A stretch of DNA of 64,000 bases from Podarcis melisellensis. Taxonomy: Eukaryota. Made by a program: the position numbers and the translations under genes. Positions 35,605 through 48,009 of the stretch are shown here, in pieces; position 1 is the stretch's first letter, and each line of letters starts with the position of its first letter. The notes under the pieces are model-generated. The model did not search any database and was not told the DNA's origin. It saw only the letters and a program-made list of their open reading frames with translations. The DNA lies in NCBI GenBank assembly GCA_964234715.1, contig OZ174282.1. One strand, given 5' to 3'.

Positions 35605-35725
35605 TGTTGGCCTCACAGCCTCTGGTAGTAAGACTCTAAGTAGCCTGACTCTGTATAAATAGACTGCTCTTCATAAATGTATCTAATCCTTTCTTCTTTT
35701 TCTTTTAACCATTTTAGTGGCCAGG
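35605..35725 (-). mobile_element. Degenerate CR1 fragment
   Basis: tcttcataaatgtatctaatcctttc...ttttaaccat resembles the reverse of the CR1 ORF2 terminus. Confidence 0.4.
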
Positions 35726-37112
35726 AGTTCCAAGAGCAACTGGGGACATGGTGTCAGGACTTGTTCCCTTCTGCCCTTTTGCCCTTGAGAGAAGCTGGGT
35801 TTGACTTCTCCCTGGTTTTCAAGGGAACAGATAAAGGCCACAGGTCAGACAGAGTTCTCCAGAAAAAAAACATTGGGTGCCTCTTTGTCACGTTTGCCTG
35901 TTCAAAGATGCCAATGGTCCATGTGATTTTGCCCTGAAGCAGAAAGGAGAACCAGCCTCCAGCCAGTCATCTTTGTTTCTTTCAGAAGCCCCAATCGTTT
36001 CTCAACTTTGGGGTTTGTTTGTGGTGGGCATTTCCCCATCTATTGACTTAACACCCTCCACTCAAGTATTTCATCATTTGGTTCTCTGAGAAAATCGTAT
36101 TTAATCAACACAGGAGAGAAACTAGCATAATTATAGATGCTGGGATGCCATTACACTCGGAAGAAATTAAGCCTTGTCTTAAGCCATCCAGCGGCGCCTC
36201 TGATGAAAACAAGAAGATTTCATTACCCGTGGGGTTACAGAGAGGTTACTGGCCAGAGAGGACCAAATGCACCTTGCGGCAAACGTTTTGTGACCCCAAT
36301 GAGCCAGGAAAGAGATGGGGTGGGGGTGGGGGCAGAGGGACAGCATCAAAAACTAATCAGATTGCAGCCAGTAAATGAATCTTTTGTTGTTCTGAGAATG
36401 TGATGAATGATAGTGTAATAAAGAAAGGTTAATACACAGAGCTGTAACAACTGTAAATAACCAGACCCTTCCAAATCCCAGCCTCAGGTGCTCGCAGAGG
36501 AAACTCTAATTCCCAACCATTTATAAGAGGAATAAAATAGAAATACTTTGTGGTTCCTGGGGGCAACAGCAGCAGAATTCAGGGGAGGAGGGGCAGTCCA
36601 ATGCAACCCAGGAGGACAGACACGCCCGACTGCCTCCCACGTGGCCCAAACAGGCATGGCAGACAAAGACCCTCTCAAGTACTTGCACACCAGTGTGCAA
36701 GGGTGCATGCCTGTCTCTCCCAGCCTGGTAACAGGATTTCATTCCCACTGATACAACCCCTTGAGTGCTCAGGAACCTGATTCAGCTACACAGTTGGCTG
36801 TGGTGCTGTTGTGTCCATGGAAAAGACAACATGAAGAGTCAAATGAGACGGGATGACACACTAGACTGTTAACTGCACGCCTAAGAGTCCTGCAGAGAGA
36901 ATGACCTAGCATTGTCCTCTATTGGTAACTCAGGTGGGCGTGGAGCATCTCCCAAACTGTATCTTGATGTTTCTCTGCTGCTAGTTCCTGCCCTGGAGGG
37001 ATGCATTGTTTGGGGATGAGGCTCAGGTCTGTGTCACCCGTTTGCTCTGAACATAGCACAGTACAAACACCCATGGAATAGGAGTAATTGATGAATAGTC
37101 CAACGTTCTCGA

Positions 37113-37465
37113 GGGACACGGATGGCACTGTGGGTTAAACCACAGAGCCTAGGACTTGCTGATCAGAAGGTTGGTGGTTTGAATCCCTGTGACGTGGTGA
37201 GCTCCCGTTGCTTGGTCCCTACTCCTGCCATCCTAGCAGTTCGAAAGCAAGTCAAAGTGCAAGTAGATAAATAGGTACCGCTCCAGCGGGAAGGTAAACG
37301 GCGTTTCCGTGCGCTGCTCTGGTTTTGCCAGTAGCGGCTTAGTCATGCTGGCCACATGACCCGGAAGCTGTACGCCAGCTCCCTCGGCCAATAAAGCGAG
37401 ATGAGCACCGCAACCCCAGAGTCAGCCACGACTGGACCTAATGGTCAGGGGTCCCTTTACCTTTA
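37113..37465 (+). mobile_element. Full-length Sauria SINE (Squam1), lacertid type
   Basis: tRNA-like head gggacacggatggcactgtgggttaaacc, diagnostic core aagtgcaagtagataaataggtaccgct, tail cctttaccttta. Near-perfect TSD ccaacgtt(t)ctc. Confidence 0.95.
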
Positions 37466-37848
37466 CCAACGTTTCTCCACTTGAATGGTTTCTGCTTGAT
37501 GTGTGAGTTTTTTGAGAGAGCAGATGAGCTACTGAAAGATGTTCACAGGAGTTCTAAGAGGTCACGGGGAGAGTTCTCTGGCTCCAACCTGGTCCTGAGT
37601 CTGGGACAGCACTTCAAGGGCTCTTTGCCTGAAAAGACCTTATTGCCCCTCCCTCCCCTTACATTTATAATTTTGCTTGTGCTAAAAATACTTCTGAGGT
37701 TTGTCTAAGTAACTGAGAGGAAGGAGAGGTCCTTCCAGACCATCCTGCTGCTGACGATTAAGAAACCTCAAAGTAATTTTTGAAAATGTCAGCGTCTCAT
37801 TTAGCAAAAGGATAAATAATGAATGACGCGTAATCACTGTCCTGCGCT

Positions 37849-37988
37849 NNNNNNNNNNNNNNNNNNNNNNNNNNNNNNNNNNNNNNNNNNNNNNNNNNNN
37901 NNNNNNNNNNNNNNNNNNNNNNNNNNNNNNNNNNNNNNNNNNNNNNNNNNNNNNNNNNNNNNNNNNNNNNNNNNNNNNNNNNNNNNNN
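37849..37988. other. N-run, 140 nt
   Basis: Read directly. Confidence 0.99.
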
Positions 37989-38214
37989 TTTCAGAGCCCC
38001 TGCAGAAATCAATTAGGAAAGTGGCTGAGGAAGGGAATGGGTCCTTTGCTGGGAGGTTGTGCCTGTAGCAGAATAAAGTGCTGCAGGCCAAGGCCAAGGC
38101 ACATCATGCACCTCTCCAAAGCACAGACCCGAAGTGGCACTGGGCTTCTGACAGTCCCCGCCTGCAGGACCTGCCACCATGTGATCCACAGCCACTAAGA
38201 GGGGAGCACAATGA

Positions 38215-38385
38215 GAGCCTGCAGATGGAGCAGGTCAAAAGAGGCCAAACTAATCCAGCATCCTGTTCTCACCGTGGCCAACCAGATGGCCCAGTTAGAA
38301 ACTTGCAAGCAGGGCATGAATGCAAGGGCAACACTCTCCCGACTTGTGATTCCCAGCAGCTGGTATTCAGAGGCATGCTGCTTTT
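38215..38385 (-). mobile_element. CR1 3' UTR fragment
   Basis: tccagcatcctgttctcaccgtggccaaccagatg...cccagcagctggtattcagaggcatgctg. Confidence 0.75.
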
Positions 38386-38764
38386 AATTTATTCTGAGCA
38401 CCAGCTGAACATGTGCCATTTCTGCTATATGCCAAACTGGCCTCTCTAATGCACCTGAAGGGGAATGTGATTCCATACAGGGCAGCAAGCACACAGCCAT
38501 CTGACAAAGGTCAGAGAGCATGTACATGCAGCCATTGGTCATGCACAGGGGCTGCATGAATGATCCCAGAGACTTCCACAAACTCTAGCTTTTCCTGGCT
38601 AATAATTTTTCCTGGCTAATAATTTTGCCTTTGTGTTTCAGCACTTCTCTAGGAAGATGCCCCTTTTGCCAAGGGTCTTTTCAGTTGGTAAACAAATAGA
38701 GCAGATGTTACTATCTAGCTAAAGTAGTACAACCGCAGTTCTCATGCTAGTTGGTCAGGCAACC

Positions 38765-39190
38765 CATTCAACATCTGAGATTATGCTCCCAGTGCCCTCA
38801 CTGGCAGAAGCTGGGCAGGTATCCACGAGGAGCAAGGCCTTCCCAGTGGTGGTGCCAACCTTATGGGATAGCCTCCCCAGAGAGACCCACCTAACCCAAA
38901 TATTGTATGCCTTTAGGTGCCAGGTTAAAAAGTCAGCTCTGTGGGAAGGCATTTGGAATCAGCTGGACTTGTTCAGATCATTTTTGCTAGTTTGCTATTG
39001 ACATTTGTTTTGCTACTGCTATTTCCGGATAATTTTGTTCACCACTTTCTCCTGTTGCTAAGCACTTTGCGGCTTTGCTGTCTTCTATTTTTGTCTTGCT
39101 TAATTTATATTTTTGATGTTTTGTAATTTGTATGTTAGCTGCTTTGAGTTTATTTATAAAGATAAATGAGAAGATATATTTCAGTAAAAT
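38765..39190 (+). mobile_element. L2 LINE 3' end
   Basis: Translation SKAFPVVVPTLWDSLPRETHL...AFRCQVKK matches the L2 ORF2 terminus, followed by a T-rich UTR and taaa tail. Confidence 0.8.
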
Positions 39191-41141
39191 AAATATCCCG
39201 TCCCAAAATGGCCAAAATTGCCTGTGTGTTCTTTGAGAAACTTGTTGGAGTCTGCAGATTGTTGTTCGTTGGTTTGTTTCAAAAATGTTAAAGCCTCATC
39301 AGCATTCCGACTGGAGTGGAAATGAAAGGAGAACCCAGCCTTTAAAGCAGCAGATGGAAAAAAATAATGGAAACTTTTGTAAAAAAAAAGTTCTCAAAAC
39401 GGCACAGGCATGGAGGAAGTGAAGATTATGCAGCTAGTCGTCAGTGACATCACAGGCACTAGCCAATAGGTGCAGCGCACATAGTGATGGCACTAGGTGC
39501 AGCGCACATAGTGATGGCAGTGCAAGCTGTAGGGGAACATGCACATCCTCCCGGGGTAAAATAGTATGTGATGAGCACCATGAATCAGGATGAAAAATGC
39601 CATTTCCCAGCAATAGCTGAGCCGCCTTCTCCCCACCAATGAGTGTCTTTTCAGCTGCACCTTTACAGGGTGGTGGAAAAGCCCCTTGCCCCTGCCAAGC
39701 AAGAATCAGCCTGGCTGCCTCAGGTCTGCTGAAGCATGCTGGGATTCGAGTTCAAAGGCCTCCTTGAGTCTTCCTTGAAAGCGAGTCTAGTGGCCAATTG
39801 GCCTCTCTGTTTATACAGCAACTTACAGGTTAAATGAAAAGCTACTTGGAAAGCAGGCCTGGATCCTCCTATTGTGAGCCCTTCAGCAAATTTAACAAAA
39901 GGGGAGGGGGAGGAAGGGGGGAGCCCAGGCTGGAAAAGTGGGGGAAGGGAAGAGTCCACTCCTCAGGCTGGTGTGTGGCAATCTGGCTGGTTGCTATGGA
40001 GACGTGATGACTTGTTCACATGGCAACATACCTTAGGCCTACTATTAGCATGATGAGAATGTCGTAGGTTGCGCTCCGGAGAACACCCTCAGTGCCGGCG
40101 CATGCAGGAGCGAGACCAGATAGAGGAGGAGCCTGGGGAGAGGAGCAGAGGAGGATATGCTGATCCTCTTGCTTTCTCTGGAAGCAAAGGGACAGGTGAT
40201 GCAGTAGCTGGGGCTTCCCAGGCTGCAGATACTTTCCACACCACCACCGATGACACTGTATGCTAACCTGGCACCAGGTTTTGTGATAAGCATCCCTGTG
40301 CAGACTTCTCTCTGGGGCTTCCTTTGATTCCTGTTCCTGAGATTTCAGCAAAACAGGAAATTCATTTGCTGAGGAAAGAGTGTGCTTTTTAGCCATTTCT
40401 GACAGTTCTGAAGGACCAAAGCACCCAAGAAGAGGCACACACTGCTGCGGTGTCTCTGGGATTTTAAGAATCCAGAAATTGCCACCTACTTGATGGCAGT
40501 GAAAAAACCAAGGGCTCAGCCCTTGCCTGTCACTGACATGTTGGACACGGAGGGGAGCGTGACTCTCTCCCAATCACATTGCACAAACAGTTGTTTATGA
40601 AGTGAGAGAAGACCCAGGAAGGAGAAGGACCCTCTTTGCATCGCCTTGTGCTCGCTTGCCTTTTCAACAAACATGCAAATCCATCAGAGGACAATGTGCC
40701 CTCAACCTACAAAAGCAGTCCTGCGCCTGATGATTGTAGGTGTGTGAAAACATCCACGGTGGCAAGCTGCTGAGAATCAGTCAAGCCCCCCCCCCCTCCC
40801 CAGGCCTTTCTGGCTTGGCATTCTTGTGCCAGAACGGCATCTCTCTTGCACAGAAATAATGAGGAACAGGAGGCAGCAAGGAGCAGAGAATTTCCAGGTG
40901 CTGCAACAGGTGCCTAAGCAATCCCACCTCCCTCCCTCCTCCTGGCCTTCTTCGCCCTTATTTTCAAGTTTTACTCCATCATGGAGTTGCTGCTTAGCAC
41001 CTTGTGTGCTTAGCCATTTAATTAAAGCAAATCCATGTCCACATGCCTTGACCAGTAGAGCCAGATCCTCATTGTCATGCCAGCTGCTCCAGGAGGGACG
41101 GAGCCCCGCGCATACTAATTGGGGGAAGGCAGTGATTCATC

Positions 41142-41289
41142 NNNNNNNNNNNNNNNNNNNNNNNNNNNNNNNNNNNNNNNNNNNNNNNNNNNNNNNNNNN
41201 NNNNNNNNNNNNNNNNNNNNNNNNNNNNNNNNNNNNNNNNNNNNNNNNNNNNNNNNNNNNNNNNNNNNNNNNNNNNNNNNNNNNNNNNN
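41142..41289. other. N-run, 148 nt
   Basis: Read directly. Confidence 0.99.
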
Positions 41290-41835
41290 GGAAAGGGGGG
41301 GAAGGGGGGGAATCTGGGATTAATGGGCAAATCTAAGCAGACACAAAGGAACAAAGGCTTCCCTCGCCCTTGTTTACATACCGAACAATAAGAAAACCCA
41401 CAAGTGACAAGTTATGGGAAAGGCAAGTGCGAATTTTCGGCACGAGTGAGTTGGAAGACTACACGCAGTTCATTATGGATGCAGCATTTCCATACTCATT
41501 ATCCTGAGCCCTTCTGGGACCAATGGCAGCTCTTTTTATTATTATGCCTTTCCTGCTAGAAGGGCGGAGGCGGCCAGTGGAGGGGGCTGTGTGATGCTGC
41601 CGGTGGCTGACTTTCAGCAAGGAGGGGTAGGGGCTCAGGGTTACAGGAGGCCTCTGGCTGTAGTGGGGAAGGGATTCAGGGAAGAGTGACAAAGGCTGGG
41701 GAGGCAGGAGGTGCTTGGGAGGCCTACATGTCAGCCAGGACCACTTTCATATTTTTGCAAAGGCCTTCCTGACTTTGTTCTCTGTATGGACTGCCCTATT
41801 CAGCTAAACTCTGCCTCCCAATGCAACTCACTCAA

Positions 41836-42018
41836 GGGGGAAGGGCTATGACTCAGTGGCAGAGCATGCAGAAGGTGGTGCTAATGGCACCTAATGGCAG
41901 GGCCGAGAAAGACTCCTGCCTGAAACCCTGGAGAGCCAATGCTGCCAGTCGATGTAGACAATACTGAGCTAGAGGCACCACTATTCTGGCTTGTTATAAG
42001 GCAGCTTCCTGTGTTCCT
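41836..42018 (+). mobile_element. tRNA-derived SINE (family of 8120-8308), B-box region disrupted
   Basis: ggggaagggctatgactcagtggcagagcat...gaaagactcctgcctgaaaccctggagagcc...aaggcagcttcctgtgttcct. Confidence 0.85.
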
Positions 42019-42167
42019 GTGAACTGTTGGAGGTTTTTCTGGAAGACCCCGAAAGGACATCTCCTTGACTTCTGTTCCCACCATCCCTGGGCATCCCTGA
42101 GCCCACTTCGTCCTTGGAAAGAGATTCAGGGGTTGACTTGTTAAAATACTGTTAGTAGCAGTTGTTA

Positions 42168-42243
42168 ATATTTATTTTATGAATTATTCTTATTAGTACC
42201 CTGCCCATCTGACTGGGTTGCCTCAGCCACTCTAGGTGGCTTA
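42168..42243 (-). mobile_element. L2-like 3' tail fragment
   Basis: Its reverse complement matches 33726-33770 (agagtg..tggg...cccagtcagatggg). Confidence 0.6.
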
Positions 42244-42604
42244 TTTATTACATTTATATCACTATCCTCACACCCACAGGGCTTTCTTTAGGTATCAGTT
42301 CCCATTCTCTGTGTCTCAAATAGTTCAGTCTCTGGCTGGGGGTAAGATGGCTGGATACAAAGGCATGTAAAGGAAGGCCCAAAAATGCCACCACATTGCT
42401 GCCCTTGCTTCCTTCCCTGCCACCCAACCCGCAACTGCCTATTCGGGTAAAAAAAAAAAGGCTGAAATGTCTTCAGGTTGAAGAGTAAATAAATAACAGA
42501 CAGAGAAATGCCTTCTACAGTATGTGAACCTTGGGGTGAGGAGTATCACAAGGACACCAGTCTGACCCTGTTTCCATCTGGGAAATGCCTAATGCCACCA
42601 CCGT

Positions 42605-42812
42605 CATTATAATTTTTAATATATTTATGGGATTTACAACGTGCCCCTCATCACAAATGATCCTGGGGCGAGTCACAACAATATAAGGTACCATTAACAA
42701 CATCAACAAATTTATTCATCATCTGGCTTCCAATATATTCAAACTGTCCAAAGGCCTGGAGGAAAAAGAACTGTCCTCACCTGGCACCAGATGAGGTGCC
42801 AGGTGAGGGGAG
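42605..42812 (-). mobile_element. L2 3' end fragment
   Basis: T-rich tail, A-rich UTR, then aaaggcctggaggaaaaagaactgtcctcacctggcacc, typical of a reverse L2 ORF2 end. Confidence 0.5.
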
Positions 42813-42891
42813 AGAAGGAGCATTTTTCACTACCTGTTTGCCTTTGCATGCCCCACCTTTTCACATAAATTTAGGGCTGCTTACAAACTTG

Positions 42892-43247
42892 GATGTGGGT
42901 GGCACTGGTCTAAACCACTGAGCCTAGGGCTTGCCAATCAGAAGGTCGGCGGTTCGAATCCCCGCAACGGCGTGAGCTCCCATTGTTCAATTTCAGCCCC
43001 TGCTCACCTAGCAATTCGAAAGCACATCTAAGTGCAAGTAGATAAATAGGTACCGCTCCGGTGGGAAGGTTAATGGCGTTTCTGTGCACTGCTCTGGTTC
43101 ACCAGAAGCGGCTTAGTTATGCTGGCACATGACCCGGAAGCTGTCTGCGGACAAACGCTGGTTCCCTTGACCTATAGAGTGAGATGAGCATGCAACCCTA
43201 GAGTCGTCCACGACTGGACCTAATGGTCAGGGGTACCTTTACCTTTA
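42892..43247 (+). mobile_element. Full-length Sauria SINE (Squam1), second variant
   Basis: B box ggttcgaatccc, core aagtgcaagtagataaataggtaccgct, tail acctttaccttta. TSD ttacaaacttg at 42881-42891 and 43245-43255. Confidence 0.95.
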
Positions 43248-44660
43248 CAAACTTGAAACGCAAGAGAAACATCATAAGAGTCATAAATAAGAATACAACC
43301 ACAACATGACATAAAATAATATAGAATTTCATCATTTAGCTTTCACCCACTCTAACTTGGGCAACCAGAGCAAGGCCAGAGTGAGGTGAGGGGTAAAAGA
43401 AGCCACAATCTCCAATCGCCACCAGGTAGCAGCTCAACTCATTGTTCCTCACACAGCTATTGACGTGCTGGGCATGCATACACCACTCTCCCCTTTTCTT
43501 TGCACACCCAGCTTCCATGCCTTCAGCATACAGTGCTGAAGCTGAAGAGCCCTTCAGGAAAATGCTGCTTTACCTGCAAATGATTACTACTCATGCATTA
43601 GACACTTAGGTGTGGGCTTCCCTGTCTGGCAAGGGCAGAAATCAAGTGTAAAGAAAGGAGGAGCCTTCATGCACTAGGAGGACAAGCTTTATGGTTGGGA
43701 CTGTTCTTGGAAGAAGAGCAGGAACTTGTCCCTGGAGCTGAGAAGCAAACAATGCCTTCCATCATCCAGTTTCCCAGGAAAGGCTCCAGGGCAGAGCAAC
43801 ATCCCAGGCAGACCCCCAGACAGCCCAGGCTCCTAAGTGGTGCCACAGTCATGCCTGGAGGACAGAGGCTTCCCGAGTCTCCAAAGGCACCTCTGGCACA
43901 CACAACTGCAAGACAATCAAACAGAGAGCAGAAAGGCCTCTTGGAGCAGGGCAGGCAGCGAGTATTGCTCAGGTGAATGGAAGCCCTCAACCCTCCTCCA
44001 ACATGCAGGCAAGGCTTATTCCAACTGCCTAGTACAAATAGCTTTGAGGCTTTTATGGCTTCCCTGATCCTTCACAAGCTCGGAGGCTGGGAAGGCAGGT
44101 GCTGGGACTCTGGAAAAAGAAATTCATTGATATTGGCAGGCAGCTGAGCAGAAAGTCAGAGCTATCAGTTGTGTTTAAGCACGATTGCCACCCCACCATA
44201 TTTGCTCTGTGAGACTCTCCTTTCTCTGGGCTTGTGGCTTCTGTGAATTTCATCTGTTTTGCAGGGATGTTGGCTCAGGGCTGGTGCCAAGAGAAGGAAC
44301 CAGTGGCTGCAACCACTGGAAGCTTACAGAGTTCATTGACAACCGGGGCTCTTACGTGCATCTCGCTAAAAGAGGATTAATTATGCTTTGCAGATTAAGA
44401 AGTCTTTGTATCCCACAAGGTTCTCGACCGCACTGTCTGTGTTCAACAACCAAAAGTGACTCAGAGGCACTTCCCTTCATGAGCCATCCAAGGCCATACC
44501 CTCTTGTTGCAGACGACCTATGGAGGCTTGAAAACGAATCAGAAATGGTCCCTATCACTTTTCAGCCCTGCCACACCTGTGCCCTCTGAGCCTTTTCCCT
44601 AACTACACCCCCACCCCCACCCCTTCCACTTCTGGATAGAGACCAGACCAATCATTCTAA

Positions 44661-44826
44661 GGTTGTGTACACACCATTCATTTAAAGCACACCCCTGCCC
44701 CCTTTGCAATCCTGGGAACCGTCACAGAGCTACAGTTCCCAGCACCCTTAAAAAATTACAGTTCCCATTCTTATTTGGGGGGGTGGGGGAAGAAATATGC
44801 TTTAAGTGTATGGTGTGTTTGCAGCC
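44661..44826. mobile_element. Palindromic MITE, family of 1548-1713, opposite orientation
   Basis: TIR ggttgtgtacacacca...tttaaagca / tgctttaagtgtatggtgtgtttgcagcc; core gctacagttcccagcaccctta. Confidence 0.8.
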
Positions 44827-45344
44827 TCTGCTTCCCACCTGTAACCTACGAGGCATGATTAGTCTATTTGCAGATGAAACTTGGACGGAGGTGCAATCCC
44901 TTTCTTAATGATTGCTAATGGGAATTCACTCTTTTTTTTACAGCTGCCACAAACTGAGGGTCCCTCCAGACAGGTGTTTTATTGCGGGTGTCTTCCGCAA
45001 CATTTCCTTGACACAATAATAGCGCATTCATTAATGGTGGATTTATTTTGCTTTATTAGTTGTTCTGCAGTGCTTCCCAAATCTGCCACATCGTTGTTGT
45101 ATGGAGGGGTTGCAGTGCAACAAAAGCGGGACAAAAATAAACCAGAACTTTTGCAGTATAAAAAGTTAGGGGAGTTCAGCCAGACATTACAGGATATGCA
45201 CTCATTGGAAATGAAACAGTATGACCACCCCAAAACTTTTGCAGGTGCAAACAGTATTGAAAGTGGGATCATACACAGCTGCCCTAATAGCAGCATGAGC
45301 ATAACTCATAATGAGTGTGCAATACAGTGGACATCCCAGGGGTG

Positions 45345-45550
45345 GGGGGCTAAGCCCATCTCTTATTTTAGCTATCCACTATAACCCCAAGGTATTGTTG
45401 CTGGTCATCACTACCAGTTCAGTCCCCATGAGCATATCTGTGAAATTAGGATTTTTTGCTCCAATGTGCATCGCTTTATACTTGCTTACACTGAATTGCA
45501 TTTGCCATTTTACTGCCCATTCACCTAGTTTGGAGAGATTCTTTCAGAGC
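45345..45550 (-). mobile_element. CR1 ORF2 (downstream part of RT region) internal fragment
   Basis: Reverse translation LSKLGEWAVKWQMQFSVSKYKAMHIGAKNPNF matches the CR1 motif LxxWAxxWQMxFNxxKCKVMHIG. Confidence 0.85.
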
Positions 45551-45779
45551 TCTGAGCTTGCTAGCTAAACTTTGAAGACAGTATTATTCCACACACTTAA
45601 GTGCCTGAAAAGGGGGCACTTTGGTTGGCAAGCTGCAAAGTACGGTTGGCAGAGAGATGCACCCTTTCCGCGCACTCCAGAGCCAAGCTGCTCTTCAGAA
45701 AAAGACAAAGGGCTCAGCGGCCAAATGGGCTTGTACAATACAGCCTATCTAAGAAGACAACACAGTTCTGTTGATGGAA

Positions 45780-46260
45780 GCAATTGCTGCCGGCTGCATT
45801 AAGTGTTAACTGTCCAGGAATAGCTAAAAACAGCACGCTAAATGGTAATCACTAGGTAACGTCTCCGACAGATAGGAAGAGAGGGGGGGAAACCCTGGAG
45901 TAGCTATCTTTAAAGAGAACAAGCAGATCTGAGTAATCCAATTTAGGGGAGATAAGAGTGTGCTGGTAGCCCTGTCCTTTAACTGGACAAACGCCTTCGT
46001 TCAGGTGTCAACCCCAATCCTGGAGAGGTCACCGCAATGGGCCTGCAGCCTAATATACTCCAGAATTGGCTGAGTGGATTTCCGAACAAACACGCTGGCC
46101 CAACAGAATTGATTTCCAACGGGCCGCATTGGTCCCTAACGTAATTATACTGCAGTGAGTCAGTTCATGGCAGGCCCTGCATTTAAAGCTTCTGGTCAGC
46201 CAAAAGAAGAGGTTAGTATCACGGCCTCCGCTTCAGCCGCTCCTCTCTGCACAGGGCTGT
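45780..46260. promoter_or_regulatory. Putative conserved non-coding element/enhancer
   Basis: Unique, CpG-retaining block with TAATCC, AGATAA, TGAGTCA and TAATTA motifs. Inference only. Confidence 0.4.
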
Positions 46261-46536
46261 GCGGTCCACAAGCAAATTGGGGTGGAGGAGAAGGGAACTT
46301 CCCTCTTGAGCCCCACTGAACCACCACTCTAAAAAGAACACAATAGACAGCAGGGAAATGCACACACATGCACACGGGTCACAGCAGACCTGGCTTGTCT
46401 CATTACACAGAGATGCTTCTAAAGGTGGAGGAGAATTTCATACTCTACCAGCGGAGTTATCCAGGCTTTCAGTCCCCATTTGTCTCCCCCTGGGGAGAAA
46501 GGGTGAGATATAAATCTTAACAAAATAAACTTCTAC

Positions 46537-46605
46537 ATCATAGAATTGTTCATTTAGAAGGGATCTTCAAGCATCATCTAGTTCACCCCCCTGCAATGCA
46601 GGACC
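46537..46605 (-). mobile_element. CR1 3' terminus
   Basis: atcatagaattg...gaagggatcttcaagcatcatctagttcacccccctgcaatgcagga. Confidence 0.65.
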
Positions 46606-46629
46606 TAATTTGCACCTTCCAGGCTAATG

Positions 46630-46875
46630 CATGGATTGGGACGTAATTATTCTTCGGATGTTGCACTTCTCTGATTTTTGCAATTCTCAGGTCGAAAAAC
46701 ATACCAAACCAACGTGTTAAAAAGTGCACAAAATACATTTTAGGATGAAATATATTTATAAATGTACATTGAGATAAAATGCATATGTAAATTAAAAAAT
46801 TATGATAAAATCTAATTCACATTTAAATATGAATTGCAGGTGGGTACGAAAATGGGACAGAATTGGACTCATAAA
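46630..46875. mobile_element. Old AT-rich DNA transposon relic
   Basis: AT-rich degenerate aaatgcatat/aaaatacatt subrepeats, similar in character to 52237-52580. No clear TSD. Confidence 0.4.
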
Positions 46876-48009
46876 TGAAGACAGGTGAAAGTGACACAGA
46901 CGAGGGAGCCAACTGAGGCACCTCCGTCCATCATTAGCTGTGTCCTCAACACTAGCCAACCTAACACAGGGGCAAAACTAGACTTTATATCACCCAGGTG
47001 AAAGACCCAGTTTGCCACACCCCCCATGTGCATTTGTATACACTCACACACACAGGCTGGGAGCCTCAATGGCATCCCTCTGGAGGTTTCACCCAATGTT
47101 GCCCTTACAGAGGCCTCTCAGCAAATGGAAGGTACTGCTGCTCTCCTCCCAACCCTGGGGAGGAAATGGAAGGGGCTGCCCACTGGGGGCTTCTGAGTTC
47201 TACACCCACCCAGTGCAACACAGAGCAGACCTCTTTCCCCTCCTTTGATTCCCACTTCAGATAAGATTGATTTGATTCCCCACTTTGTTCCCAATGCAGA
47301 TCTTTATTCACAGGTTGTTCTTGGGGTAGCTCTTCACTCACCCCTTCTTCCTTGGCAGGGTGGTACCAATTTATGGTTTGCCTCAGGTGTCAAAATAACT
47401 TGGGTCGTCTCTGCCTACCCTCCACTGCATATGGACAGTTGGTCCCCATCCTTGCCACCTCTAGATGCTTCAGCTGCTGCCTTTCCCTTCTCAGAATTTC
47501 CTGGTGAAGAGGGAGGCCTGTTGGGGAAGCTAGGCCAGTGCAATCTGCTCCTTCCCATGTTGCTGGCAGAGGGTGCAAAAAGAGGAAGGAGGAAGCCACA
47601 AACTTGCAAAATCCAACATGAATAAAAGGTGTCCATACAGGTGCAATGTAGCTTCCCTCCCTAGTCTCCCAGGCCATCTTAGTCCACACACCCAGCCATG
47701 GAACAACAAGAAAAGTTCTCAGATTCAGGGGAATTAATTGATACACAATACGGTCAAAATATGGGGCAAGAGAAAGTGTGGATCAGCCCTGACACTGTGC
47801 CCTCCTTGTTCCAGCAGCCCACAGACGCTCCCTGGTCACTCAGCCTCGTTCCCTATTGCCCATCTTTCCCCCAAAGCTGGAGCAAGTAGGGCCAGGTCCC
47901 AACTACATTTTTCAGCCTCCAATTAGCAGGCTCCAATTCATCACCCCGAATATCTCCTGGCATCAGAGCTGGGATTTCCGTCCTCACGCCTGGTAAATCG
48001 GTCTTCATT

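Noticed and set aside
36317-36340. G-quadruplex-like G tracts (also near 3646-3662)
   Set aside because: Common in this base composition and no supporting context.
42775-42808. Perfect 14-bp inverted repeat with a 6-nt loop
   Set aside because: Lies in an L2 3' fragment and most likely derives from the element's own sequence. No evidence of independent function.
43417-43435. CTCF-like motif gccaccaggtagcag
   Set aside because: Single imperfect match, not distinguishable from chance without ChIP data or conservation.
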